Of a DNA stretch of 64,000 bases, positions 41,089-56,869 are shown piece by piece (position 1 is the first letter of the stretch; every line of letters begins with the position of its first letter). The DNA comes from the human T2T-CHM13v2.0 reference genome, Homo sapiens. The DNA lies in assembly GCF_009914755.1 (NCBI RefSeq), contig NC_060927.1. One strand, 5' to 3'. A program made the position numbers and the translations under genes. The notes under the pieces were generated by a model that worked only from the letters and a program-made list of their open reading frames with translations, ran no database searches and was not told the DNA's origin.

Positions 41089-43441
41089 AGCCCAACTCCT
41101 TACGGTAATCCTTTAAGGCCTATGTGATCTGCCCTCACCCTGGCTACACTCTTTGCCCTTATGTCCACCAGCCTCCAGTGCTCCAGACACAACTGATCTC
41201 AAATACTCCTGACACATCCCCCTGGGGATTCCTCTTCCTGGATTGCTCTCCTCTCAGCTGTCTGCTTGGCTCACTCTCTCACCTTCTGAGGTCTTAGCTC
41301 AGATACCACCTTTCACTCACCTGTCCAACCTATTTAACACAAACTGGCCCATCTCTGACGCTCCTGATCTTCCTGATGCTCTATTTTTAAATTTTTTCAA
41401 TAGTGCTTATTTCTTTCAGACATTGTATATGTTTCTCCTATTTGTGATGTTCAGTGGCTACTGTCCCCACCCACATTGTCCCAGGTGAATTCCACAAGGT
41501 AGGGATCTTGGTTAGGCTCACTGCTGTACCCAACCCCCTAACACAGGGCCTGGTGTGTAGGTTTTCAGAAAGTATCTGTAAAATGCATGGGTGGAGGAGG
41601 GAGCATTTTCCTTCTGGCACTGCTGGGGAAAAAGAACCTAAGGCCCTCCACTCACCAGGGTTCCACATTCTCTGTAGTCCAGCTGGGAAATGCTATTAAA
41701 AGGACCATTCTCGTAGCCTTGATGGTGGACCCAGCATCTGGCAATCAGGAGGGCCTTGAAGTACTCTGCCTGGGGAATGTCCCAGGACCATATACAGTCT
41801 GCAGAAGGAGGCAGTGAACACACTTGGCCTAGGCCCCATCTCAGGAGCCTTCACATCTCCCTGGGACCTGCACAATCAAGTCCAAAATCTTTGTCTGATG
41901 TCAAGGCTAGGGCTTTTGCAAATAGGATCCCATACATCTTCCAGCCCTCATACTCCTCCACTCCCTTTTCATTTCCTGAACATTCCAACTTCTATGCCTT
42001 TGCTCTTGTGGGCTCCCTCATGTAATTAGGATAATTTCCAGCCAGGTATTCCCTCACCCTTGTTTTACAACTGAATCCCACTTTCTCTGGGACTCCACTG
42101 CTTGGTCACTCTGCCCTGTGCTTTGAGAGGAGGTTGGGTGGAGCATGGGACATGGGCCATTTACTGCCTTCACATTTCCCTGGTCACGGTGATTTTTTTA
42201 GGGGTGGGCACATGACCTAGGTAGAGCCAATGAAGTGCAATATCACTAGAACATGTGAGAAGAGAGGCATGAAACCGAAGCTGAGAGGGTTTGAGATCTG
42301 GAGCTACTCCTTCCTCCACCCAAACTTCAGAAGGTGAAGGAGATAGTGCATGTGAGTGAGCAGATCCCGAGGGCACTGTTTGAGCCTCAGAATCAAAGCA
42401 CTTCTGAAGCTAGTCCCAATCTTGGATTCGACAGTTACAAGAACCAATAAATTCCTTTCCTTGTGGAGTCATGTTGTTTTGTTACTTGCAACCTAAAGAT
42501 TCCTGACTGATATACTGTGCCCAGTGCTTTTCTCTTCATATCTCTAATGCTTGGCATTCTCCCTGCCCCCTGACACATCCACTGAGAAGCCTTTCCCCAG
42601 GGAGCTGCCTGCCCACATGGCATCTCTCTCTCCCGAGCTTCTAAAGCACCCACTGCTCTTCCCACCTCATAGAACTACCTGGTGCAACCTGCCCACGTCC
42701 CAGCATGTCTGCCCTGCACAATTGAACGTGGAACCTGGCACACAGGAAAGGAAACTTTTTGGTGGATGGAATGGAGGGTAGGAGAACAGACGGCTGGGTG
42801 AATGTAAGCTCCATGAGAGCAGGGACTTTGCCATGTGTAAACTCTGCATCCCCTGTGCTTCAACACATGCTCAGAGCATAGTAGACTTTTTTTGGAATGA
42901 ATGGATAAGTTTTTTTGTTTCGTTTTGTTTTGTTTTTTGGAGCGAATGGCTGATAGAGGATTGAGCAGGCAAGCAGTATTCTGCCCGCTATTTCTTCTCT
43001 TCCCCTGAGCTTTTGATGGCATAGTTATAGCACATGTGTCACATGCTATCTGGCAGTCTCTTGATGTAGCACCAGTTGCCCTGTGCCTTCCCCACATCCA
43101 ATCTCTCTCAGCTCTGCCTTTAGTTCTCTCTCCTCAAGGCCCCCAATTCCCCACCATGAGGAAGGACTCTGAGCTTCCTAGTTCCCTGGGAAATGAAGCT
43201 CTAGATCTGAAGGTGGATGTTTGTTTGAGGACGCGGAGGATGGAATTCTACTTTAGAGCTCCGGAAATCTTGTCCTACAAGGAACTTCTGTTCGTATGCC
43301 AGCCTGGCTGGTGAGATACAGCCTGAGCTGCACCAACAGGGTCTAGGTGCTCAGAGGCCCTGACTTTGTGCCCATGATGCACAGATAGGATGTCAAGCAA
43401 GGGACACCCAGCAGGGCTTGTCACACCAGCATTGGTGGATT

Positions 43442-43460
43442 TGTGTGTGTGTGTGTGTGT
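43442..43460. repeat. (TG)n microsatellite
   Basis: About 9 TG units. Confidence 0.9.
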
Positions 43461-43589
43461 CTATCTGTCTGGGAAGTACGTGTGCTATGTGGGCTGTGTG
43501 TAGTATATATGGTTGTGTATGTGGTTATGATGCAGCTGTATCACTGTGTCCAAGTGGGTCTGGTTATGTGCCTGCAACTTTCCTATTCT

Positions 43590-43860
<271 letters not shown>

Positions 43861-45782
43861 TCCTATTTGTCTTTCATGCCTTTCTCTGTGTATGTGTGAG
43901 TGTGTACTTGCCGCAAAAGGCAGGAATATAACAAGTAGTGCCCTGAAGCCTATGTCCAAAGGAGAGGGCAAGAGCTAGCTGCAGGTACCTGGTTCTCTGT
44001 CACTGTCTTAGGTGCAATATAGTTTGAGAGCAGCTCAGCAGCTCTCACAGCCCAGGCCAGGATAAAGCCCTCTCCACCCCAGCCTTACTTCCGGGTTTGG
44101 GCCTTGGTCCCTCCTGTTGCTCTCTGTCTTCCCAGAGGCCTGACAAAGTCTGGCTCCCTGACTGCACTGCTCAAACCTTTCCCAGGGGTCTCAGGAAAGC
44201 AATCAGAATTCCTCTGACCCTCAGGCTCTGAGGCAAGGTGGACTCTTCCCATGGGCCAACCTAGGGAGAAGTGTAGAAGTTGCTTTGCCTGTGGGCAGGG
44301 CTGCTGCCTGTGCTGAACGCCACGAAATGTGATGTTTTGACTCCAGTTAATTCTCTATGAGAAAAGCATCTCTTTTCTTTCCCAGGTGCCTGAAATTCCA
44401 CCATTGGAAAGCCACCCCGATCTTGCTTTATTATAAACTATCTTCAGAGAGAACGCATTTAGTGGGCTTTCCTCTGAGGTCCTGATGAGGAAAAGGATGA
44501 GAGGAAGAAAATATTTGGCATAGAAATGAGGAATTGGGGACAGAATGACCAGGTTGGGTGGGTGGTGACTAGAGGCATCCTTGGCGGTCGCAGTCTTCCT
44601 CCTGCCTCAAGGCCTCTGCCAGGGTTGGCTGCAGCAGTCCTCATGCAGGGGGCAGAGAGCTATATGGCCCATGGGCCCCTCCCATGCAAGCAGGCGGGCA
44701 TGGGGCATTGGGATCCCTGCCCACACTCCAATCCTGGGGGGCTCTTGCTTCCTGGGAGGCCTGTTGTTATGCTGGATATCCCTGACTGTGGGATGGTACA
44801 CTTGCATTCACCTCACACCTCACCCGCTGAGGCTTCTCTAGGTCCCAAGCATCTCCTCTGGAGCTCTCAGACAGGCCACAGGGTCCATTAAGTTCCTATC
44901 TGCACATGGTCACTCTCAGTTGAGACCTTCTGGTCCTGACTCAGGGAACTCCAGCCCTCAGCCTCACCCCAGCCAATCCATAGGCCACTCTCCTGGCCCA
45001 TATTCCTTTGGGTGTGAGGCACAAAAGGAGACACAGCACCAAGGTCTAGGGAGGGCCAAGGAGGTGTGTTAAGGCTCTGTTCCTGCTTCCCCACAGCCCC
45101 AGCCCCATTGTACTGGGCACAGGGCCTGGCTGGGCAGAGATGTCATTGGTACATTTCCCATGGATAGTCTTCCACCTTCCAGCCCATTTCTCCTCCTTCT
45201 ATGCCCCCTACTCAACTCTTCTCCTTGTGCTCCTGGTCCTTGTAGAATAGGATGGGATATCTCAGCTTCTCCTAACCAGGCAGAGCTCTATCAAGCCCTA
45301 GGCAGACATCAGCATTTGCGGGCAGCTGACCTCAGAGAAATGCAGGCCCTGGACCAGGGTCACATAGCTAGTTGGAGACAGACTGTCACCCCAGCTCAGG
45401 CCCTTGCCTACTCTCCTGGCAGAGCAGAACAGGCAGCCAGCCTCAGGAGAAATGTGAGGCTGCCAGAGATGTAAGATAAAAGTAGCAGAGAGAAGTTCCA
45501 CTGGCTGGTCGCTGGGTCGGGGGGTCCATGCAGCCTGGGCCCACCTCCTCCAAGACACTCTATCCAGCTCCCACAGTCATTCTTCCTCCTGTCCCAGCTC
45601 CAGCTGGAGCCCTGCCATCAGCCAGCTGCAGCTATGGCAGCCACCCCCTCACCCTCTTGTAGCACTGATAAGCACGCTGGGAAGGGGGATTGTCTTCATT
45701 TCATAGATTGGAGGGCTGAGGCCAGGAAATGATTTGAGGACTGAAAGTAAATTAGCCGAGACTGGAAGTCAGGTTTCTAACA

Positions 45783-45788
45783 TTTAAT
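45783..45788 (-). terminator. CYP8B1: Probable CYP8B1 polyadenylation signal (ATTAAA on -), cleavage ~45765
   Basis: + strand tttaat. Implies a ~2.1 kb 3'UTR and a ~3.9-4 kb mRNA, matching the size I recall. Confidence 0.65.
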
Positions 45789-46677
45789 CTCCACTTAGGG
45801 AATTGGAGGTCAGAAATGAATAAAATACCATGCCCCAGTAGGCTCCAGTCTAGGGAAGTGGGCAGCAGGCAGAAACCAAGACACAGAAAGCAACGACACA
45901 TAACAGATATGCTATGATACAAATGGTGCTGCAGGAGCTGCACAGTTCGGAGGCCATTTCTGGCCAGAGGATGGGATGCGTGAAATCCAGGAAGGCTTCC
46001 AGGAAGGAGTAGCTGGCACTGGGATGGGCAGGAACAGCAATGTCTCTACTGATGGTTTCATTGGAGAAAGCTGGCAAAGTTGAGAAGTTTGGAGACTAAC
46101 CGTGACAAAATTTAAACATCAGGTATGTGAAGGCAAGGGGGACCAACTGTGACAAAATGTAAACGTCAAGTGTGTGAAGTCAAAGGGGAACCAGGAAAGT
46201 AAAAGAGTGACAATCAGCAGTGCTTTTGGCAAAAAGGCCTCTGGCAGCAGTGTAGAAGAGAAACGCAGAGATCACAGGTATAAGAATGACAGTAGGAGAG
46301 GGGAGGAGGGTACATATTTCAGAGGCATCACAGGGGGGTGTACTGATAGGACGGGGGCCTGCTTGTATGAAGGTGAAAGAGGAGGAGGGAGAGTGTCTCT
46401 GGGAGATGGGGTGAATGGTAGTGTTCTGAGCAGAGAGAGCAGGGAAATCAGGAGGAGGAGTGGTTCAGGGAAGAGGCAGGGGTTCAGATGCCAAGTTCTG
46501 CATTGGCCAAGCTGAGTCAGAGGTGCTGGGAGACTCCCATGTGGGTCTGGGGATAGAAGAAAGCTCTGAGTTCAGCAATGATCATGGAAACCAAGGGAGG
46601 GTTGACAGCACCCTGAGGTGGGGGAGACATGGGCACTGAGGAGGGATCTTGAATGATTCCTACATTAAAGACATCCT

Positions 46678-47452
<775 letters not shown>

Positions 47453-47887
47453 CTAGAACCTGAATTCCATAGGATGTGGGATAAGTGTTGCTGAAAAAAC
47501 TAAAGCAAGCTGGGAGAGTGGAGGCTGATGTTTGCAAGATGCCATGTTACTCGTGTCTGGGGGGAACCAGTCTCTGTACTCAGGACTTCTCAAGGCAGGC
47601 ATCATCTCCCAAACCAAGTTGCCCACAGATACTCCCCCTTCCTCTGGACTTCCTGTGAGAGGAGGGTTCGGCAGAACCCACTCTGAGAGATGGTATTTTA
47701 AAGAGAATGATAAGCCTGTCAGATGACTAGGCGGGGAGAGAGCGAGGACAGGCAGAACAGAGGTAGGGGGTGCCACAGGACCAGAGGGAGGGGTGGCCAG
47801 TGGGGTCTTGGGGCTGCAGAGGGGTGAGAACAGGTGAGAGATGCAATAGAACTCCTCTGGCCAGGTTTGCAGCTGGCTTGGCCAAGC

Positions 47888-49393
47888 TCACTCTGTAGGA
47901 TGCAGGCGGTAGCGGAAGCGCACATCGTGGCTGGGCTGCATGGTGCCAAAACCCCAGCGCTGCGGGTCAACATGGGGTAGTGGTGTGTCAGGGTCCACCA
48001 ACTCTAAGTCAAAGTGTGTGACCATAAGCAGGATAAAGAGCTTCACCTCACTGAGTGCAAAGAACCTCCCAGGGCAGATGGAAACGCCCGAACCCCAGGG
48101 CATGGTGTAGTGGTGGATCTTCTTGCCTGTCTTGAAGAAGTCCACTTTCCGGCTGCCATTAGGGTTGAGGAAGCGATCGTACTTGAAGACGGTGGGCTCA
48201 GGGTGGATGTCAGGGTCCATGTGCACTGAGAGGTAGGGAAAGAGGGCCAGGATGTCTCCATGGCGGAACAGATACTCCTGCCCACTGGACATCTTCAGGG
48301 TATAGTCTTCATGAACCAACCTGAGGAGGGTGGGTGCAGCCCTCAGCCGCAGCGTCTCCTCCACCACGCTGTCTAGAACTGGGGTGTGTTGCAGGGCACC
48401 GAGTTTGAAGGCAAAGGACTGCTTGGTCTCCAGCCTGGCCTCACCCAGGACCTGGGTAGCTTCCTCCCTCACAGCCCGAATAGCTTCTGGGTGCTTCAGG
48501 AGGTACAAGAGGGCCCAGAAAGAGGTAGGCCCCGTGTTCCCCTGGGAGGCCCAGAGCATCATGAAGTTGAACTTGTCCTGCATAGCTGAGGGTACCCCCT
48601 GCTCCCTCAGAAACTGAAGCATGTTGCCCAGCCAGTTGCTGATGCCCTCCTTCTCCTGGCTGTGGCTCACGGAGAGCATCTTGTGAAAGAGACGCTGGAG
48701 TCGGCCCACTTCTAGCCACTCCCGGGGCCACAGCAGGGAGTAGACAAACCTTGGGAAAAGAAGGTCAAACTTGCGGAACTCCATGAATAACTCTCCTGCC
48801 TGTAGCAGGTCCTGCTCCTTGTCCTTCGTGTAGCCGAACAAGCTCAGGTAGCCAGCTGTGAACAAGATGTAATAGCAGAAGCGAAAGAGGCTGTCCTCAT
48901 GCCAGCAACTGGCATCCAGACTCCAGCCTTTGGACGTCAGCATTACAAAGGACAGGCTGTCCAGCATGGTCTCATTAAGATCCTTCAAGCCATCCCCCCT
49001 CAGATGCTTGGTGCTGGCTGAGTGTATCATCTCATGGTCCCCTTGCACTGAACGGTATCCAAATACCTTCAGCACCAGTTTTTTTGCATATTGCCCAAAG
49101 TCTAGTTTTCTCTGTGTGTCCTTGAGGATGGGGCCAAAGGAGAGGGGGTCCATGACGAAGGTGAAGTACTGGCCCCCTAGCTGCACTGTGAACACATCCC
49201 CATGCTTGGTCCTCATGCGCTTCAGAAATTCAAACATATTCTTCCGGAAAGCCATGGCATGGCCAAGCCAGGGCACGGTACCCTTGTCCAGAGGGGGCTC
49301 CCATGGCCTGCGTTGTCGGAGCATCCCTGGCAGGCACAGGTATCCAGCAATGACCACCAGCAGAGCTCCCAGCACTGGACCCCAGAGAACCAT
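47888..49393 (-). CDS. CYP8B1: Sterol 12-alpha-hydroxylase (cytochrome P450 8B1), 501 aa, intronless
   Basis: Starts MVLWGPVLGALLVVIAG at gccATGG. Has membrane anchor, PPLDKG hinge, I-helix WASQGNTGP, ETLR (ExxR) and heme motif PWGSGVSICPG. The ORF-track extension to 49564 uses a non-ATG start. Confidence 0.99.
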   Translation of the reverse strand: MVLWGPVLGALLVVIAGYLCLPGMLRQRRPWEPPLDKGTVPWLGHAMAFRKNMFEFLKRMRTKHGDVFTVQLGGQYFTFVMDPLSFGPILKDTQRKLDFGQYAKKLVLKVFGYRSVQGDHEMIHSASTKHLRGDGLKDLNETMLDSLSFVMLTSKGWSLDASCWHEDSLFRFCYYILFTAGYLSLFGYTKDKEQDLLQAGELFMEFRKFDLLFPRFVYSLLWPREWLEVGRLQRLFHKMLSVSHSQEKEGISNWLGNMLQFLREQGVPSAMQDKFNFMMLWASQGNTGPTSFWALLYLLKHPEAIRAVREEATQVLGEARLETKQSFAFKLGALQHTPVLDSVVEETLRLRAAPTLLRLVHEDYTLKMSSGQEYLFRHGDILALFPYLSVHMDPDIHPEPTVFKYDRFLNPNGSRKVDFFKTGKKIHHYTMPWGSGVSICPGRFFALSEVKLFILLMVTHFDLELVDPDTPLPHVDPQRWGFGTMQPSHDVRFRYRLHPTE

Positions 49394-49459
49394 GGCTATG
49401 CTCCTGCGGATTAAGCTCTCGACACGCACACTGTTCCCTGGGTGCCAGAGAGCTTTGGG

Positions 49460-49510
49460 AGGCCTTGGAAAGTCCAGGATGTAAAGGTCTGAGCACCTGG
49501 ACCTTGCCCT
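49460..49510 (-). promoter_or_regulatory. CYP8B1: HNF4A DR1 / LRH-1 (NR5A2) bile-acid response element in the CYP8B1 5'UTR region
   Basis: On -: AGGGCA-a-GGTCCA (49498-49510) is a DR1 overlapping GCAAGGTCC, and CCAAGGCCT (49460-49468) is NR5A-like. HNF4A/LRH-1 control of CYP8B1 is established. Confidence 0.75.
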
Positions 49511-49765
49511 GTGGCCGCAAGTTATGGCAAATAACACTAGTGAGACAGTACTTGGAAGCAGCAAAATGTTCCCCTGGACTTAACACTTGGCTGACTGGTC
49601 ACGTAGGGGAGGAGGAGGTAACCAGGAGAAAGCTCAGAGAGAAGCTTCCAGCTATGGTCACAGCTGCTCACCAGCTTCATGCTTTGCTCTGACCTTTTCA
49701 GACAGCTCTTGCACCTTCTCTCTAAGCCTGCCTTGAGCCCACTCCCACCCCCATAGCTGACAGAC

Positions 49766-49773
49766 TATTTATA
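49766..49773 (-). promoter_or_regulatory. CYP8B1: CYP8B1 TATA box (TATAAATA)
   Basis: + strand tatttata reads TATAAATA on -, ~375 nt upstream of the ATG. Consistent with the ~0.3 kb 5'UTR. Confidence 0.75.
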
Positions 49774-51376
49774 CCCCCATTTACTCATGCTTTTATTTAT
49801 TTGCCAGTTCAGTTGGTAGAAATGAATCAAGCACTTACAAAATCTCACTTCCACTCTTTCCTCATCTTTAGAAGACTCAACAAATGCCTCCATTCCTACT
49901 TGGCCCCCTTGGTCAAGTAAGTTAACCTCACTGTGGCTCCACTCCCTCATCTGTGAAGTAGGGATAATTACAGTGCCTTGTAGGTGCTGTTGTGAGGCAA
50001 AAAGAGATAACACCTGAAAAGCACTTAGAATAGTGCCTGGCTCATGCTAGTGCTCCATATATGTTAGTTAGTATCCTAAAGCCTTTTCTCTTACCTTTGC
50101 CTGCTCCCCTGGACCTCACAGCAGCCCGTGCTTATCTCCTCATTCTTTCCCTAGTCTGTCTTCCTCTCTGGTCTCAAAGATGCTTGCCAAGGGGGCATGA
50201 CCTTGTTGAAGTCATGTCTGCTCCTACCTCCATGTGCACAGAGTACACAGTCAAAGGCAAGTGAAGAATGACTGTATGCCCTTCCACAACAGCTCTGACC
50301 CCTAACCCAAAAAAAGAGGCATTGATGCTGGGGCTTTAGATGCTGAGAAGGCTGAGATGGTGGAGGGGGTGTTGACTCCATCTTGGGGTATGAGTGTGAA
50401 TGAACTCATCTGAGGAGGCCACAGAGCCTCCCAGATGATGACTCTTCAAGCAGAGGCTGAGCCCTCAGTCTCTGAGCCTCTCACCCGGAGCCCTCTCACC
50501 TGCCCAACTGCTTGCCTATACACTTCTCTGACAAGAAGGCAGAATCCTGGAATTGTAAAATGTCAGAGACAATAGAGACCTCACTCAATCACTTCATACT
50601 TCATTTCACAATGAGGATCTAGGTGCAGAACGCAGTGGGGACCCTCTTTGACAGCTGCCCTGGCTTGGGGCCTTGAGATAAGCTAATCATTGACTAAGGG
50701 CCTTCTGAGACATGTCAGCCCAGGTCCCTGCCAGCAGCTCAAGAGGGAGAAAACTGTACCATTGACGCCAAGGCATTAGTCAAGCAGCCTGGCCCATTGT
50801 TGCTATAGGTGAGGTTCAAACTCAATTCAATCAGTTCTGATAACCTCCAAATTACTTTTTAACTTCCTAACGACCTGAGAACAGGGACTTCGGCTCTTCA
50901 GACAAAAGAGGGTATGGAACTTCCATATCCCCTCTGGAGTGAGCTTCCTTTGCCTATGAGCTTCCCCTTGGCAGGGAGTTGGAACTGTCCACACTCTGCT
51001 TCCCAGAATCCCTCTTTAATTGTTCAGGACCACCACAGTACTTGGCATCATCAACTCTCCTCAACCTTAGAATTCGGTCTGAAACTGGGCCAAATCCAAT
51101 GAACTGAACCGTGTCCCCTAGTTTTTAATGGATGAACCATTATTTCACATTCATTCTTACCTCATTCATTAACCCACACTCATCTATTCATTCCCTCCTT
51201 CCTTGGAGAAGCCCCATCTATCCATTCACTAGATATTTATTGGGCACTTACTGGCAGAAATGTTGCTACGATCTGGGATTATAATCATGAATGAGATAGA
51301 CACAGTCCCTGCTCTCTTGCAGTTTATGGTCTAATGGAGGGAGAAAGATATTAAATCACTGCCCAAAGTAATTATA

Positions 51377-53970
<2,594 letters not shown>

Positions 53971-54279
53971 TAATTGTGACAAATGCTGCAAAGAAGAGCA
54001 GAGCATGAAGGGAGGTGGCAGTCAGGAAGGCCACACTGATTGGGCCACACTGATTCAGCGGAGGCCTGGAGGACCACAAGACCCAGTCAATGTGTGTTGT
54101 GTGTGGTGGAGGTGCTAGCGGCCGAAGAGGGGTGCTGGTCAGGGGATGCAGCAGGGTGGTCCCAAGGTACCGAGAGCATATCCACCCTGGGGCCAATGAG
54201 CCCAGGGCACTCGGAGAAGGGGGAAGAATCTCCACAGGGTGCAGAACCGGCAGGCTCTGTGCGGGTTAGGACTTTGACA

Positions 54280-54960
54280 CATCGGTGGCACTGAACCCCT
54301 CTCACGCCAGCCGGCCCAGCCACGCTTGTGTCCGGGGCCAGCCCACGGGGGCCACGCAGGGCTGCCGGATGGACAGGCAGGGAATACGGGCTCTTCCTCG
54401 GGAGGAGACTGGCTTGCCCCTGGGAAGTCAGCCCACGGGACTGCCCTCCTCTCCCTCCCGAGGGGCTGGGGACCAGCAACTCAAGCCAACACCGGGAGCG
54501 GGCGGCACGTCCCCTCCTCGCCCCTTCGGTCCGGGAACTGTCAGGGGCCGGGGCGGGGTTACGATGGTGGGCTAGGGGGCCAGGTAGGACCAAAGACACA
54601 CGGAGGCGGCCTCCGGGACAGCCAGAGGGCCCGCGGGCGCTCGGGAAAGGGGCGGGTGCACTTCCGGCCCCCGAAGCCTCAGCGAGGGAGTCTCCGGGAG
54701 GCGCGGCGGGGAGTAGGCAGTGTGTTGCTGACCTCTGGCGGTCGCTCTGCGGCACTTCGCACCTTCTTTGTGCTCAGGAGCGGTGAGTGTCAGTTCGGCG
54801 GCTGAGCCCCCAGTAAGGGCGTGGTTCCGGGCCAACGGGAGGACGTGCTGATGGCGCTGCTTTCTTCCTTCCCCACCGCAGCTGTTTCCGACTCGCGCGC
54901 TGAACCCACCACTACCCCTCGGCCCACGCCCCTGGCAGTTTTCACGGCATAAGCCCGGCA
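54280..54960 (+). promoter_or_regulatory. CpG island with promoter-like motifs and a 5' splice donor at 54783
   Basis: Dense CpG in a CpG-poor background. GC boxes at 54550-54558 and 54648-54656, ETS motif ACTTCCGG at 54660-54667, donor GCG|GTGAGT at 54782/54783. Confidence 0.75.
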
Positions 54961-55979
54961 AGAGCATCATTTTGGTTGTCCTGGGGGGTTTTGGGGGTTA
55001 GCTCCTTTATTGCTAACCTCATTTGCACATTCCATGGTGGGCAGGACAGTGGATTGAGTTTTTTACACTGGGCCCTAGTAGTTCCATGTTCCTGTCTGAT
55101 GTCATGACTTCTCATTCTATATATGGCCCAGAATTTTGAGCAACTGGGCACTGACCTGAGGATTCTATTTATCTGCTGTGGTTCCTTTACTGGGGTTCTC
55201 CGCTGTGGGTTCTCTAGTCCGGATGCACTAGCTCTTCCCTGAGTCTTGTTTGCCCCTTTTTCTAATTCTGGATGATATTGACTGCTCCCCCAGTATGTGC
55301 CACCTCTTGCTCACTGCCTCGCCCCCAGCAGTAAGTAGTACCATTGAAATGGAAATACAGGGGAGAAATTATTTCACCCTGCCTTTAGAGCAGGTAATAA
55401 TCGTTTCACTTAGGGCTTATGTATGGCTCCTTTTTGTTTCTTTCTAGCTTTCCAGGTTCCTTCTGTTTTTCCTGGAGGGGAAGGAACCCCCTCCATGGCA
55501 GCCTGGGTTCTTGACAGCCTGACTCAAGGGTCACTATGCTTACTGCTAGCCTGAATCACATATACCAGGTTGTCGTAGAACCAGTGTAGGACATAAAAGG
55601 CAAACCTGGGTTCTTGTCCCAACTTTTCCACCAATTTATGGCATGACCCAGAACATTTTGTTTTACCCTTCTGGACCTTTATTCTGATGTGTCAAAATAA
55701 GAGGTACTGAATTTGACGTACTCGCCAGCAGTGAGATGCTATTATAAAGGTATTGGGTTGTACATTCACTAATTTGCCAAGAGATAACGAGGGCATATAG
55801 TGTGAGAGGGTGGAGGGATAGGGTGGGAATTGGAATGATTGGCATTGAGCTTCTAGCCAGGGGATGGCTCTATGCTGATCATTTCCATCGCCACCAACAC
55901 CATCACCATTCTTATTTTGAGAACTTACCTTGAGCTAATATTACACGAAATTCACGTATTTTGCCATCTAACCCTTATA

Positions 55980-56625
55980 TCAACCCGGTTCAGAGATTCC
56001 GTAGAAGAACTCACAGGACTCAGAATACAGTTGTAATCATGACTAAGATTGATTACAACTGGATTGCTGGTCCCTAGCCCCTTGGGAGGGTGGGGAGGGC
56101 AGCCACGTGGGCTGAATTCCCACGGGCAAGCCAGCCTCTGCCTGAGGAAGAGCCAGAATTCTCTGCCTGTCCATCTGATGGGATACATAACCAGATCATA
56201 AGGGAAAAAGACATAGGTGGAGTCTGGAGGAATCTATGTGCAGGATTCCGAGTTCTTTCTCCCTGCCAGGAGAGATCACACAAAGCTTACTCCTCCTAGC
56301 AATGGAAACGCAGCAACATATGTGCCATGTTTCTAACTAGGGAAGCTCAAAAATTAGTCAGTGCCCAAGGTTTTTATCGGGGGACTGGTCATGTAGGCAC
56401 CTTCTGCCTAGCACATACCAAAATTCCAGACTCCTAGAAGGAAAGCAGATATTCATTATAAATCATGTTTGTACAAATAGTCAAGGCATAACGAACTACT
56501 CTTATTGGTTAAGTGTTGACTGGACGCACTTTGAAAGTGAAGTTCCCAGACACTAGCCAGGGGCCTACCTTGCAAGCAGGCCTTTTTTTGGGTCTCTGAC
56601 TTGCTATGTTAGTGATTTTATGCAC
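55980..56625 (-). mobile_element. MER21-family LTR
   Basis: On -: taacatagcaag..aggcctgcttgcaaggtaggcccctggctagtgtctgggaactt. Carries a foreign 114-bp insert (see findings). Confidence 0.75.
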
Positions 56626-56869
56626 CCAACCATATGAAGCAAAAATGCCCTCATTTTACAGAGGAGAAAATTGAGATTTCAAGGGCTGGTAACTTGTCTA
56701 GAGTTGCACAACTAGCAAGTGGTACAACCAAGAGTCTAATCACTCTGTTTACTTCAGAACTTCAGCTCTTCATCCGCTGCCATATTGCCAGTCCCAGGGC
56801 CTTCCTCAAGTCCTTTGTCTTTGTTCTTTCTGCCTGAAATGTTCTTTCCTTAGCTATTTGCATGACTGG

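Noticed and set aside
49394-49564. 57-aa N-terminal extension of CYP8B1
   Set aside because: It uses a non-ATG start within the 5'UTR. The ATG at 49393 has a strong Kozak context and begins the membrane anchor.
54087-54970. Overlapping 130-220 aa ORFs in the CpG island
   Set aside because: Stop codons are scarce in high-GC DNA. The products are low-complexity Pro/Gly/Arg/Ala with no domain.
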